A stretch of DNA of 61,834 nt, the filler included, from Globobulimina sp. (lineage: Eukaryota): NCBI GenBank assembly GCA_003354225.1. It is 26 parts of 26 records of this genome, joined end to end, with 100 filler letters (N's around TTAATTAATTAA, not from the genome) between each part and the next. Parts side by side here need not be neighbours in the genome. Positions count along the whole stretch, not along the records: positions 47,650 to 49,930 come from PIVH01007688.1; positions 50,031 to 52,311 come from PIVH01007689.1; positions 52,412 to 54,692 come from PIVH01007690.1; positions 54,793 to 57,073 come from PIVH01007691.1; positions 57,174 to 59,454 come from PIVH01007692.1; positions 59,555 to 61,834 come from PIVH01007693.1; 20 more parts are not named here. The stretch is one strand, 5' to 3'. The position numbers were made by a program, and so were the translations under genes. Positions 47,857-59,769 of this stretch are shown here, one piece after another. The first letter of the stretch is position 1. Each line of letters starts with the position of its first letter. The notes under the pieces are model-generated. The model was not told where the DNA came from. It ran no database searches and saw only the letters and a list, made by a program, of their open reading frames with translations.

Positions 47857-49177
47857 ATGACAGAATCGACGCAGAATCAGGATGAAATTGAAGTATTAAT
47901 ATCGAAAAAAGATTCTAATTCGCCAGATAGCATTGGAAACATGAAAAAATCACATAAACCAACAGCTAAGTACGCAGCGCATTCGATGTATGGCATTCTA
48001 ATGATTTGTGTTGGCACATTAATGTATGGTGTAATGGGCACAGTAATTCGTTTATCGATGGAAGGTAACGAGAGCGTCGCTTATAATTCAAATGCCGCAT
48101 TAGTACTGGCAGAATGTGGCAAATTCAGTGTTACTTTGTTTTTATTATTTTATTTACATGGCATTACAGGCGGTTTACAATCAATTGTTGCCGTACCATT
48201 TCAGGAATGGTTTCTATTTTCAGTTCCAGCCGTTATATATTCGATAACAAATAATTTAGAATTTTACATATTGCGATATATGGATCCTGGCTCATTGGGT
48301 GTTTTACAACAAACTAAAATCATCACCACCGCACTTTTATGGTGGTATTGTTTCAAACAAAACATTGATACGCAACAATGGGTGGGCATCGCTTTATTAT
48401 TCTTCGGTACAATGTTAGGTAAATAAATGTGTTACACTCAAATAAAATAAGTTAAATTGAATGAAAGTTCCACCTTTTTGTCCACCGGAACTTCCGTTTA
48501 CGGTGCCATAGGCTTCACAAATTCGGTGAAAATATAGGAACTGTAGTCTGTACCATGTCGCACTACGAGATTTTTCCGAATTTTTGTCTATGATGCAGTA
48601 CACTGAAGTGCTGGTGGAGGAAAATTCAATTTTTTTCCTGTTCTGAGACATGCATTACTTGGATGTACATTGAATTTTTAACTCAGTTGCATGGCCAGGC
48701 GATAATGATAAAGGCGCACAAATGTATGTTGAATGGCCAATGGGTCCAATACTGATTGGGGCACAAGTTTGTTTGTCCGCCATTGCCGGTATTTATACAG
48801 AGTTTGTTTATAAAAAGTATGGATGCAACAGATCGATTCATGTGGATAACTTATCAATGTATTTTTGGGGATCACTGTCCAATATGTTGCAATTTTATTA
48901 CGTTGAAAATAATAATATGAGTTTAATCGATGGCTTTAATACCATGACATATGCATTGATCATTAATTATATGTTATTAGGATTGTGTCTGGCCTATGTC
49001 ATGAAATATTTTACAAACATTATAAAATTATTTATGAGTGGCTTTGCTATCATTGTGTCGGGTCTCTTGACATTTTTTATTTTCAATTTAAGCTGGACAT
49101 TGTTGTATTGCATCGGATTATTGGTCGTTGTATCTGCTGTTGTTTTGTATAAATCACCTAAGAAATATATCAAATGA
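47857..49177 (+). CDS. SLC35A-family nucleotide-sugar transporter; intron 48419-48686
   Basis: LAECGKF, FSVPAVIYSITNNL, QTKIITTA, QQW, SAIAGIYTE, VMKYFTNIIK. Confidence 0.92.
48454..48632. repeat. Intronic fold-back (long imperfect hairpin) element
   Basis: Nested complementary pairs AAATTGAAT/ATTCAATTT, TCCACCGGAACTTC/GAAGTGCTGGTGGA, CATAGGC/GTCTATG, AAATTCGG/CCGAATTT, GTAGT/ACTAC. Confidence 0.75.
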
Positions 49178-49528
49178 CATTTTACTTTTAGATATGCTGT
49201 TCATCCTTGCACTGAAATAGAGAGTTTTGACAAAGGGAGCTAGATTATAACAGATAAAAAACAGTTGCATTCTACATGGCATCAGAAACAGTCAACTGTA
49301 ACAATAAGGAAGCAATGCGTATGTTTTGATGAAGTAAGCATGCTCCTCATTTCTTGTGTATTTATAGCTAGTGTAATTATGCTGTCTTCCTACCATAATG
49401 TTGTCGAACTCGAATACGTTTTTTAATTTTTGTAGACAATCGCATAAAACAATACATCTGAAAATCAAGGGTTAGTGCATGATGGCCAGCGCAAGGATGC
49501 TCGTTAAATAACTGGAAACAGCACAATG

Positions 49529-49930
49529 TCACATATTTGCATATGGATTCTCAAGTATCTCATCCTCTCCATCCTCGTCATCATTTTCCATTTTATCACT
49601 GATCATCTTACTTTCGCCATTATTTAGTTTCTGTTTCTTAACCGGTGGCTGTGTGGGCACTGCAATTTTCATTCCAATCCTTTTTCTTTTATGGTTATTA
49701 TTATTCACATTCGCGTCAACATTCTTATTAAAAGAACTGAACACATTGCTATGCGCAATTAAAATGTTCCTAGTTTTCTCAAAATTATCCTCCTTTATTT
49801 TCTTCGATATTTCATCATTTTTATTCTCATCGTCATGGTGTTTAATCCCTTTATAATAAATTGGCGTATTTTTATAGAACAAATTATCGGGATAATGCGG
49901 ACAAAACAATGGGATATGTTGCATTCGTTT
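49529..49930 (-). CDS. 3' fragment of unknown protein
   Basis: Open frame from contig end, NLS-like KRKR and PPVKKQK, acidic tail. Confidence 0.45.
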   Translation of the reverse strand, partial: KRMQHIPLFCPHYPDNLFYKNTPIYYKGIKHHDDENKNDEISKKIKEDNFEKTRNILIAHSNVFSSFNKNVDANVNNNNHKRKRIGMKIAVPTQPPVKKQKLNNGESKMISDKMENDDEDGEDEILENPYANM

Positions 49931-50032
49931 NNNNNNNNNNNNNNNNNNNNNNNNNNNNNNNNNNNNNNNNNNNNTTAATTAATTAANNNNNNNNNNNNNN
50001 NNNNNNNNNNNNNNNNNNNNNNNNNNNNNNAT

Positions 50033-52264
50033 CCAAAATTGGAAGTGATAACATTAAAAGCAGCAAATAATAAAGGAAGCAACCCAAAGAACCCCCGATT
50101 AAAATCAATAAAGGAAACAACGCAACATTTATTTGATAGTGATTCTGAACACGAAACCGCAGAACCAACAACATTCCAACAACAATTATCTTCATTTACA
50201 TTTGCTAGAACATCCATTCATGCAATGGATGATAACATGGCATCAAATCAAGAACGAAATTCATTTATTCAACGATATTCAGCCAAAGTGGATGAAACCA
50301 GAGTTTTACGGCAAATGCAAGATATGCAACGTCGAGGAAACAGTGTCATGACAAAATTAACGAAAGTATTTGGAAATAATAGAGCATCATTAGGCGGCAC
50401 GACCGTCGACGCACAGCAACTTTTAAGAGAAGCTGAAGCTGATCAAAAATTCAAAAAATTGAAAAGAAATTCACGAATTATCATACAAATAACCAAAGAC
50501 AATGTAGCTGTTTTACCAAAATATATATTACATCCAGAGACCCCGATGCGTGCATATTGGGACATATTCATGTTATTATTGGTGTGCTACTATGCCATGG
50601 TTACGCCAATAAACATATCATTCGACAACTCTCCATTCGATATTCTAACCTTAGAAATTATATTCAACGTATTTTTTGTAATCGACATATTTTTACAATT
50701 CTTTACTTCTTACAAACACGAAAAAGGGCCAAAAGCCGGCCGATTAGAGTCGAGACACAGATACATCATCTTCAACTATTTGAAATCATGGTTTCTCATC
50801 GATTGCTTAGCCTCATTTCCTTTGGATATTATACTCAATAAAACGACAGGAACCTCGGGCGGTGGCACCATAAACCGCTTATTACGTTTGGTGCGAAGCG
50901 TGAAATTGATGCGCATATTGCGAATGAGTCGCATTTGGAAGCGCTTACTGCATCGCGTGAAAATAAACCCGTCCATTCTACGTTTGTTCAAATTATTTGG
51001 ATTCTTATTAATCGAATGGCATTGGATTGGATGCCTGTATTGGGCCATTGCGATGTCAGAGGGCTTTTACGTCGACGATGAGTACACATCGGATGAGAGC
51101 TCGTGGACGCCATCCGAGCTGACACTGGATATGTCCTTCGGGAGTCAGTATATTCGCGCGTATTTCTGGGCAGTTATGGTCACCACCGGTGTGGGAAAGG
51201 ATATTATCCCACAGACTGACGTGCAATATGTATTTACAACGTGTGCTATCATTGTTGGTGTCTTGATGTATGCAGTTATTGTGGGTTCGGTGGGTACCGC
51301 ATTGCAATCCATTGACACACCGGAATCGCAAAGAAGACGCCGTATTGACGCCGTACGCGAATATTTACGACAGAGGGATGTTACGGAGGAATTGACGGAG
51401 AAAATATTAAATTATTATGATTATTGTTATACGCGACATATCACAGAACATGACGAAAATGTGCTGACTGAAATCCATTCCGCGCTGAAAGAGAAATTAG
51501 ATTTGGAGGTCAATCAGCAACTTTTGACCAAAGTACCGCGCTTCAAACAGTTACCCGATGGATTGCTCTTAGTGTTGATCCATTCTTTGGTGTCGCGCAT
51601 ATATTTGCCAAATGAATTAGTATTTATAATTGGCGAACGTGCCTCGGAAATGTTCTTTGTTGTACGCGGGGATTTGGAGAAATTGAACCAGTTTGGCACC
51701 ACACAGGAATTTCTGACTGATGGCGCATTTTTCGGCGATCAGTTATTTAAACCAAATGCGCGCAGAGTGTGTACCATACGGTGCATCACACACTGCGAGG
51801 TATTGATTTTAACAAAACAGGCATTGAGAAAGATTATGAAATTCTTCCCGGAATTCGCAATGATGGTTCATAAATGGAGTGGACAGAATGCATTCCAATC
51901 ATTGCATGGCTGGGCCAGAATAGCATACGCTGTCCGATCACAAAGATACATGAAATTGATGGGCGCGAATATATCTTTTATGGATATGGTCACACATTTG
52001 CTTGGTGCGGATGAAAAGGACGAAGAGGGTCAGGTTAAAAAGATGGAGAAGGTCAAACAAATCGACAGTCAGCAATGTCAAGAAATGAGCTATGAAGAGT
52101 TCCATAGCAATTTTGGAGCCACAATCGGCGCCTTTCATCATTTAACACGAAAGAAACCAAAACAGAAAAAAGCATCATCGAAAAAAGCGGATAAGTTTTT
52201 TGGTGATCAAGACCAGAATGGGAAGGTACAAAATGATGCTGTTGTTGTTTCACATGAATCATAG
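50033..52264 (+). CDS. Voltage-gated, cyclic-nucleotide-binding cation channel (EAG/HCN/CNG superfamily), 5'-truncated
   Basis: ILHP...WD, YLKSWFLID...SFPLD, Arg-rich S4 (RLLRLVRSVKLMRILR), HWIGC, pore FWAVMVTTGVGKD, C-linker, cNMP domain (GE...EMFFV.RG, FFGD, R..TIR). Confidence 0.92.
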   Translation, partial: PKLEVITLKAANNKGSNPKNPRLKSIKETTQHLFDSDSEHETAEPTTFQQQLSSFTFARTSIHAMDDNMASNQERNSFIQRYSAKVDETRVLRQMQDMQRRGNSVMTKLTKVFGNNRASLGGTTVDAQQLLREAEADQKFKKLKRNSRIIIQITKDNVAVLPKYILHPETPMRAYWDIFMLLLVCYYAMVTPINISFDNSPFDILTLEIIFNVFFVIDIFLQFFTSYKHEKGPKAGRLESRHRYIIFNYLKSWFLIDCLASFPLDIILNKTTGTSGGGTINRLLRLVRSVKLMRILRMSRIWKRLLHRVKINPSILRLFKLFGFLLIEWHWIGCLYWAIAMSEGFYVDDEYTSDESSWTPSELTLDMSFGSQYIRAYFWAVMVTTGVGKDIIPQTDVQYVFTTCAIIVGVLMYAVIVGSVGTALQSIDTPESQRRRRIDAVREYLRQRDVTEELTEKILNYYDYCYTRHITEHDENVLTEIHSALKEKLDLEVNQQLLTKVPRFKQLPDGLLLVLIHSLVSRIYLPNELVFIIGERASEMFFVVRGDLEKLNQFGTTQEFLTDGAFFGDQLFKPNARRVCTIRCITHCEVLILTKQALRKIMKFFPEFAMMVHKWSGQNAFQSLHGWARIAYAVRSQRYMKLMGANISFMDMVTHLLGADEKDEEGQVKKMEKVKQIDSQQCQEMSYEEFHSNFGATIGAFHHLTRKKPKQKKASSKKADKFFGDQDQNGKVQNDAVVVSHES

Positions 52265-52411
52265 ACTTTTTCTTTGTTTTTTTGTTGTATGGATATTGTG
52301 ACTATAATTTANNNNNNNNNNNNNNNNNNNNNNNNNNNNNNNNNNNNNNNNNNNNTTAATTAATTAANNNNNNNNNNNNNNNNNNNNNNNNNNNNNNNNN
52401 NNNNNNNNNNN

Positions 52412-54692
52412 CAGTATTGGAAGAAAATGAAGAAAGACAAGAATTGGGGAATTACTATGACGCAGTTTAAAAATAAACATGCGGCGTTTTTGAGTGATGC
52501 GGGGCCGACGTATACTGCTCCTGAACAGAAGGACGATAGACCGGCTTATGTGGATGATGGCGTCAAGGTGAATCCCTTCAGTCTGATACCAGCGGATGAG
52601 AAGGATGAGGATGATGATGAAAAAGAGAAAATACCACCCAATTTATGGCCGTTGATTACTACTTCACAGGTATTTAAAAGTGGAACTTCACCATGAACCT
52701 CGAAATATATACAAAATAATATCATGCAAAACGATTGTTTCTAGGTTCAACGGTGAGATCATTGATTTCAAGATTTTTTTACTTAAGTAACTAGAAAATG
52801 TGCACTGAAAAAACATTTTCAAACCTGTACTTTACATTATACATAGGAGCAATTACTGCGCGAGAATATCGGTGCTTTCCGGCAACAATTAGGTGCTGAA
52901 GCGTTGGGTTCACGCTTCGACTTAGTGGCTCATAATGACTTCTGTCAAATACTCGTAGGAATGGGTTTAGTCAAAGGCGAGGATGAGGAGGAAGAGGAAG
53001 AGGACGATGACGACGCACCACGTGGTTGGACCAAACAGACTGACCCCGATGGACGAACATTTTATCAAAACATCCAAACACTAGAAACGCAATTCACTCG
53101 TCCAGCAGATGAAGAATATAAAATTAACCGCCGTCCCTTAGACGATGATGACGACGATTTAGTGCCCAATGTAGTGCATGACGGCACCATCGGTAAAGCC
53201 ATCGGTTTCCAGCCAGAAGATCGCGATTTCACTGTAATGATGGAAATAAAATGTGGCAATCTCGACCGTGGCAATACCCTTTTCTCCAATGGCAAAGTCG
53301 AATATGTTGCGCCGCGACCGGGCAGCCGACGACTTGCCGTGAAACAGGTACAAAAGGCCAATGATAAGAGCGAGTTAATCAATTTGGGTGAGACTGAGTT
53401 GAATCTCGGAGTGTGGTATCACATCGCGGTTGTATGCTATCGCGCGAATGACGAAGATAAGCGGCCACAGACTTATTTCAAATGCTTCCTCAACGGTGTG
53501 GTGGACGGCGAAGTGGCCATAAAGAAGGATACCGGCGGCGGCTTATTGGGCAAACTTGGAGGCTTTTTTGGAAAGAAAAAGAAGAAACAAACGGATTACA
53601 CTCCGATGATTGGCGTGAGTCCAGTGTCTGGCGGAGACAAATTTTTCGGAGTCATTAAGAATGTGAAAGTATTCTATAAAGCTTTGGAGCATTCGGACGT
53701 GAAAAAGTTGGCGTATACTGGCGAGTGTGAGGCGTATATATCGCCACAAATGATATCGTATAATAAGGACAGTATACGCGTCGAAGTGTGTCCCTCTGAT
53801 ATGAGGTATAATGGGCCGGATATGGGCATATTGCCCATGCAGTTACAGGTAAGTTTGTATATTGACTTTAATTTGTATACACTGTACATAAAAATGTCTG
53901 ATTTCTGTGCAGGAATTTAAACCGATGAAAAATGATTCATTTACAATGTGTTGCTGGATATATTGCACTCGTATCGGAGCCGCGAAGGGTAGTGTGATTA
54001 TGACAAATATGAACGATGGTTCGTGGCTTATACAGAATCCCGGCTTTGAGTGGGTTTGCCCCACAGATAAGTCGCATGTGATTGGCATTCGTTGCAGCAA
54101 CGCCTGGGACATATTACCCATTGGAACGCGCGAGATCAAAGTGAATAAGTTCTATCACATTGCCATTACAGTGAAAAAATTGATAACCACCGGAGCTGAA
54201 CCAGACCAAACCAACATTGCGTGCTATGTGAATGGCAAAGCGGACGGCACTTATAATTGGAAGACGTGCAAAGATTATTGGAGTCCGAAGAATAATGTGT
54301 GGACCATCGGGCATCGGCTATCGGATGAGTCAAATACGAGATTGGATGGAAGCATTGCCGATCTTCGCATATTTCGACGTGCTTTGGAAGAGGCGGAGGT
54401 TGCCTGTGTGTATGCAGCGTGTGCCAAGGAACGCAAATTCAAACGCGGAGAAAGTGTCTATTATTTGCAATGTGCTGCCTCTGTTTGTCCTAAATGCCAC
54501 AAAGTGTATGCCGGCGGGGTTTCATTTTGTGCGCAATGCGGGGTTTCCATACCGAATGTGACTGTGGATGCCAATGAAACTACCAACGCGGATCCGAATT
54601 TATTACAGACTGCCATGCCAGGTACAGTCCGCTTATTTTATTTGCTTATTACTTCATAAAATTATAACAGGTGGAAGCTGGAAGGAGGGGGA
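52412..54692 (+). CDS. Fragment of large protein with WW domain, two LamG/ConA-like domains and a Zn ribbon; several introns
   Basis: PRGWTKQTDPDGRTFYQN...TQFTRP; WYHIAVV...FLNG...F.G.I.NVKVFYKAL; FYHIAIT...YVNG...LDGSIADLRIFRRAL; CPKC...FCAQCG. Confidence 0.8.
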
Positions 54693-55352
54693 NNNNNNNN
54701 NNNNNNNNNNNNNNNNNNNNNNNNNNNNNNNNNNNNTTAATTAATTAANNNNNNNNNNNNNNNNNNNNNNNNNNNNNNNNNNNNNNNNNNNNACATATTA
54801 AACATCAAAAAATAAAAAATATTAATTCAAATGTAACTTATACGTCAACGAATGTACAGCAAAATGATGAATATTCAGATGATGATGTTCTTGGAATCAA
54901 TGCATTAAATAATGAGAATGAGAGAGAGTTGAAAATCATTGATAATGCAAGTTGTGATCATTTGAATATGGATGAAATGGATATTGTGGATAAAAGTGAT
55001 TCTCCTTATTTTTGATCTTTTTTATATGTTATTAACTTATTAATTAATAATGAGTATTATTGCCATTGTCTTTTCTTTTTTTTTCATGAAATGTGTGGTT
55101 TTGAATTGTAATTTTTTTGTGATTGAATTCGAAGATATCGATCTGTAAAGGTTTTGTGGTTTTGCCCGTTTTTTTGCTTTGAGTGAACGCACAAAATTAT
55201 TGATATCGATCTGCAACAAATAAAAAAATGCATACTGAATAAATATAAAACACAAAAAATTATATAAAGAATAGTTTATAGAATCACGTGATTCATTGAA
55301 CCATTCCACTTTTTGTAATACCAAATAATAAAATAAATTATAAGCTATTAAT

Positions 55353-56852
55353 TTACTGTACCGTTTCATTTGAGTTTGCCTTTGGTTGTAGACCCATTAT
55401 CGATATCGTTTCTTGTTCAGCTTTGTCCACATCTTTTAATTCAATTTTTTTACACTGCCATGCTCGCAAATGTCTATTGGTCAATGGCAATGAATGCAAT
55501 CTGCTTAATTTCAACTTCTTGGCCACCACAGAAGGTATGGGCATGGACCGTTGTTCTGTCCTTCCTAAACTGAGTGAAAACGCCGGCGCTGTTTCGTCCA
55601 CATTGTCCACTGCGAACGCTTTGACTGTCGCTAAATCCTCAGTTAAAAGTAACTCTTTCTTATGTTTATCGATTGAATTTGACAATTTCTGTCCAATCAA
55701 TGTCGGCAAAGATGCTTTTGTTTGGTCATCGCCCGCCTCTTTACCACCGCGCGTCATATTCGTGGTGGTCATATTAGTCACACTTCTCGTCATTTGTCTG
55801 CTGTCCAATTTATACGCCACGTATTTGCCGCCACAGAGATGACACGGATAAAATAAATAGTTGTAAACATTGGAACCAATGCTTAACATACAAAACAAAC
55901 AAAGACTGTTAATAGTCGCATCGATGGCTAATATGAACGTGACATCGGGATAAAATGGAATAGCGAATGTGAATAAAACTAATGTTGAAATGACACTGAA
56001 TGAGGCCACTACGGCAAACTTGATGGAGAATTGGAGCAATTGCAGATCGTCAGAGATTTGCGTGGAAATTAAATGGAAACGCTTTAAAAATGAGTATAAA
56101 GTGATACTGCCAACGATGAAATCTTCCAAACCAATGGAGATCGCCGCTGCTTTCACGCTGAATGTTGCAATGAAATAATATGTCATTGACAGGCATGCAA
56201 CAGAAATATAGCAACACATTCAAGCTGGTTTTTATATAATTTTAGCAATTAACGGATTGTGAGCGCATTTATATAAAAACACATCTGAAATTATATAAAA
56301 ACACGCATGAACGGAATATTTGTTGTTGCTGTTTCTGAATATTATGCATGTATTATACCTGAAAGTGTTTGTTGCGGTGTCTGAAAATAAGGTACATATT
56401 TCGAATGTGCCTCCATTAAAATACCAGACACCTTCGAGGACGGAGGGAACTACGTTGGAGGTCCAGAATGCAATGGATATGAAGAAATTGATCGTCATTA
56501 TAATTAAAAATGTATATAAATGACAACGAGTCATTGCACAGTGCGAGCCTCGGAAAGTGACATAGATGCGATATATGTATAGATAATGTAAGAAATATTT
56601 GCCCAGGAAATAGCATATGAAATTGGATGCATATATTGCTGAACATAGAGGGCGATTTAAATCGAATATAATGTCTGTTCGGAGAAATAACCATTCAAAA
56701 CATGCAAAACCGTTAAAAACATAAACTAAAATGCATGCTATGATAAATATTTTGCCTTTCATTGAATCTAATTCTTCCGATTTATAATAACGAATTGTGC
56801 TCACTGCAAAACCAATGTGTGCTAAGAAACCTAATCCACCACAGATTAGCAT
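55353..56852 (-). CDS. Divergent 7TM GPCR-like protein, 5' end lost at junction; intron about 56159-56358
   Basis: About 7 TM helices, YIYRIY.TF, IDATINSLCL and a Cys-containing tail; same pattern as 7489-8660. Confidence 0.7.
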
Positions 56853-56856
56853 TGCT

Positions 56857-57073
56857 AATATCCATCCTGTTGGGATAAAGCCGAATATGGATGTTCCTGA
56901 TTATCTTCCGCTAGATGAAGAGGGGAGAAACACCTGTGTAACCTGTCATGATCTTCATTCTAAAAATGCCAATAACAACCTTCTTCGTGGTTTTGAAGAT
57001 GGAACATATATGTGGCGAACCGACCTTTGTTATGACTGTCATGGAGCTTCCTTTTCTAAAAAGAATCCCCATC
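56857..57073 (+). CDS. Bacterial multiheme c-type cytochrome fragment
   Basis: HPVG...P..LPL..EG..TCVTCHDLH...LLRG...DLCYDCH...NPH: two CxxCH motifs. Confidence 0.85.
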
Positions 57074-57173
57074 NNNNNNNNNNNNNNNNNNNNNNNNNNN
57101 NNNNNNNNNNNNNNNNNTTAATTAATTAANNNNNNNNNNNNNNNNNNNNNNNNNNNNNNNNNNNNNNNNNNNN

Positions 57174-59248
57174 ATTGTATTAAACAGTTTTGTTTTTGTA
57201 ACTCCTGCAAGAAAGTAATAAAAATCAATGACATTGAAAATCATAATAAAACGTTACATAATGATTTAAAATGCAAAATGTGCGCTGAAATGATACCTGG
57301 CGGCAAACAAACCCTTATTGCACATCAAAAACATGAATGTTTAAAGCGGCCAATTACTTGCAATTATTGCTATTTACCATTCGCATTTTGTAATTTTGAA
57401 GAACACGAAAATATGTGTGGTGCGAGAACGGAACAATGTATACATTGTAATCAATACATTGCATTATCACTCATTCAACAACATACTGCCGATGTTCATG
57501 GGTATAAAATATATGAAACGTTTCTGTTCGATACGTTATTTTCCTGCAACGCATTTTTTTTCCTTGAAACATTCATTTTTTGTGTGTATTGTCGTGTTGT
57601 ATATAGAGCAGAATATGAGGCCCCATCGGGAATAGCCAGACTGAAATCTGACGATTCCATTGATTATGAATCAATAAATTTGGGTGGTTTTGGTGCGCCG
57701 GAAAGAAATTACGACGCTCTGAATGAGAATAACAATAATGATATCGGAGCCAGCTCAACAAAGGAAAGATGGATATGTTCCAGTTGCGATTATAACAACC
57801 GACCGAATCATACACAATGTAAAATTTGTAAAGCCAAACGTACAAAATATATGAAAAAAGTGAGTGAGATTGAGGATGGCAAAAAAATACTCAAAAAGAA
57901 AGACAATATCGACAAAATCGGAGGAAATATGGATAATATTCCACAGAGAAATTATGAAAATATGCTAAATAAAAATGAAAATAGCAGTAATTATGAACCA
58001 AATATAAAAGCACCGTTAATCCAATATAATAATCAACAGAATAATGATATGGATGCATCGGAAGTCATTGTATCGTCCGGTATCAATCCACAACAAATCC
58101 CACAGCGAGATTATGATAAAATGTTAAATGCGGAAGACATTGACGACACCGCTGCTTTTATAAAGGAGCAAAATGAGAGTGATGCCGCAATGCAAATGGA
58201 TGAGATCAATGAAGATATGGCGTTATCCACAAACGTCGACACGATACCAGATCGAGACTATGATCATATGCTGAAACAACAAAAAGAAATACAATACGAC
58301 GAAAATATGGAACAACAGGAACTAATCCAACAATTAACCAAACAGTTTGAAGCGGAGAATAAACATAAAAAAGGGGCGCAATATAGGTCAGAAACCGCGG
58401 TAGTTCCCGACAGAAATTATGATAAAATGCTAAGTGTAGCGAATGACAATGATATCAATATGGAGCTTGAAGTGGAGACTAAAAAGAATGATCAAAACGA
58501 GGCAGACATTGTAATGGCAACCTCCCGCAGTGGTTATTGGCTGTGTCCCTCCGCAGATTGCGACCATTTGAACAAAGCCACGAGGAATAATTGCAGTGTT
58601 TGCCATACATTGAAACCGACATATAAGCGGACAGCGGAGTTATTCGATGATTCCATCGATAATTTAGGTTTGGAAAATCGATGGGTTTGCAAGAATTGTG
58701 ATGGATTAAACAAAGGCTCGCGGAATAAATGTGTCTATTGCAAAGAGGTAAAATCGTATAAACCAAATAGCAAATTTGCGGTGAAAAAAATGATTGAAGC
58801 AAGCAAGAAATCCAAGGTGGAAGGCGGCATATTTCATGACGTGGAAAGATGGGTTTGTCCAAATAAGGAATGCAATTTTCTAAATAAAGGATCTCGATTA
58901 CAATGCCAAGTATGTCACTCACAGAGGAAGGATACGCACATTGTGTGGGGCGATAAGGCTAAGGATGTGGATAAAAATGAGAGTGGTGTTTTGGAGAAAA
59001 AGCAGGAGAGAAATGTATCGGATGTTGGCGGTGTGGGTGGGAATAAAAAAGCAGCGTATTCACATCCATTGGAAGCACGAATGATGGGAATGGATGTTGA
59101 TGAGATACATAATGTGAAAGTGGTAAATAATAAAAATGATATTTATGAGAGTGGGGATGGTGTGATGGAATGGCCATGTCCGATATGTACGCTTTTGAAT
59201 AAGGGTGGAAAATGTGACATGTGTGGCTGTCCAAAAGATGCTAAATAA
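57174..59248 (+). CDS. TRAF-type Zn-finger (TRAFD1/XAF1-like) protein with five RanBP2-type fingers, 5'-truncated; probable in-frame intron about 57502-57607
   Basis: H...EC.KR...C.YC...HE..CG.RTE.C..C; five W.C..C...N...C..C fingers; five P-x-R-N/D-Y-D/E repeats. Confidence 0.8.
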
Positions 59249-59289
59249 AAAAAATGAGTTTTGTTTTCGTTTGAAATATCAGTTAATAA

Positions 59290-59342
59290 GGCAACGTCCA
59301 TAAACCAATCGTGATTTTTTGTTGTATACCGAGTATGAAGAA
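59290..59342. repeat. 53-bp interspersed repeat, copy 2
   Basis: TAA|GGCAACGTCCATAAACCAATCGTG...; inverted match to 16774-16826. Confidence 0.85.
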
Positions 59343-59769
59343 GGAGCAGCAAAATATGCATTGTGGAAACAATAATTAAGTTATTATTATGACAACATCA
59401 TAATCGAACATGTATAAATACTGCTTCTTTATATCATTGCTAAACTTATGGGGANNNNNNNNNNNNNNNNNNNNNNNNNNNNNNNNNNNNNNNNNNNNTT
59501 AATTAATTAANNNNNNNNNNNNNNNNNNNNNNNNNNNNNNNNNNNNNNNNNNNNGTCGTTTCTGGGTTTTGTACGTTGAGTTAATTTTGATGGGATAGTT
59601 GAATCTCAATTTCTGCCATTATCTTAAGTGCTCATAAAAAAACCTCAGTTCAAATATGCATTTTTGTTTGCTTTTATTGGTGCAAAACCTTCATATCCTC
59701 GCACACAAGAAATTGAGTTTGACAATACTGTAAACAACACAAAAAGGCAAAAAAACAGTAGTATTTACT

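Noticed and set aside
2285-59554. Regularly spaced TTAATTAATTAA as a repeat array or CRISPR
   Set aside because: Always embedded in N44 pads; an artificial linker. ORFs ending in X...LIN are linker artefacts.
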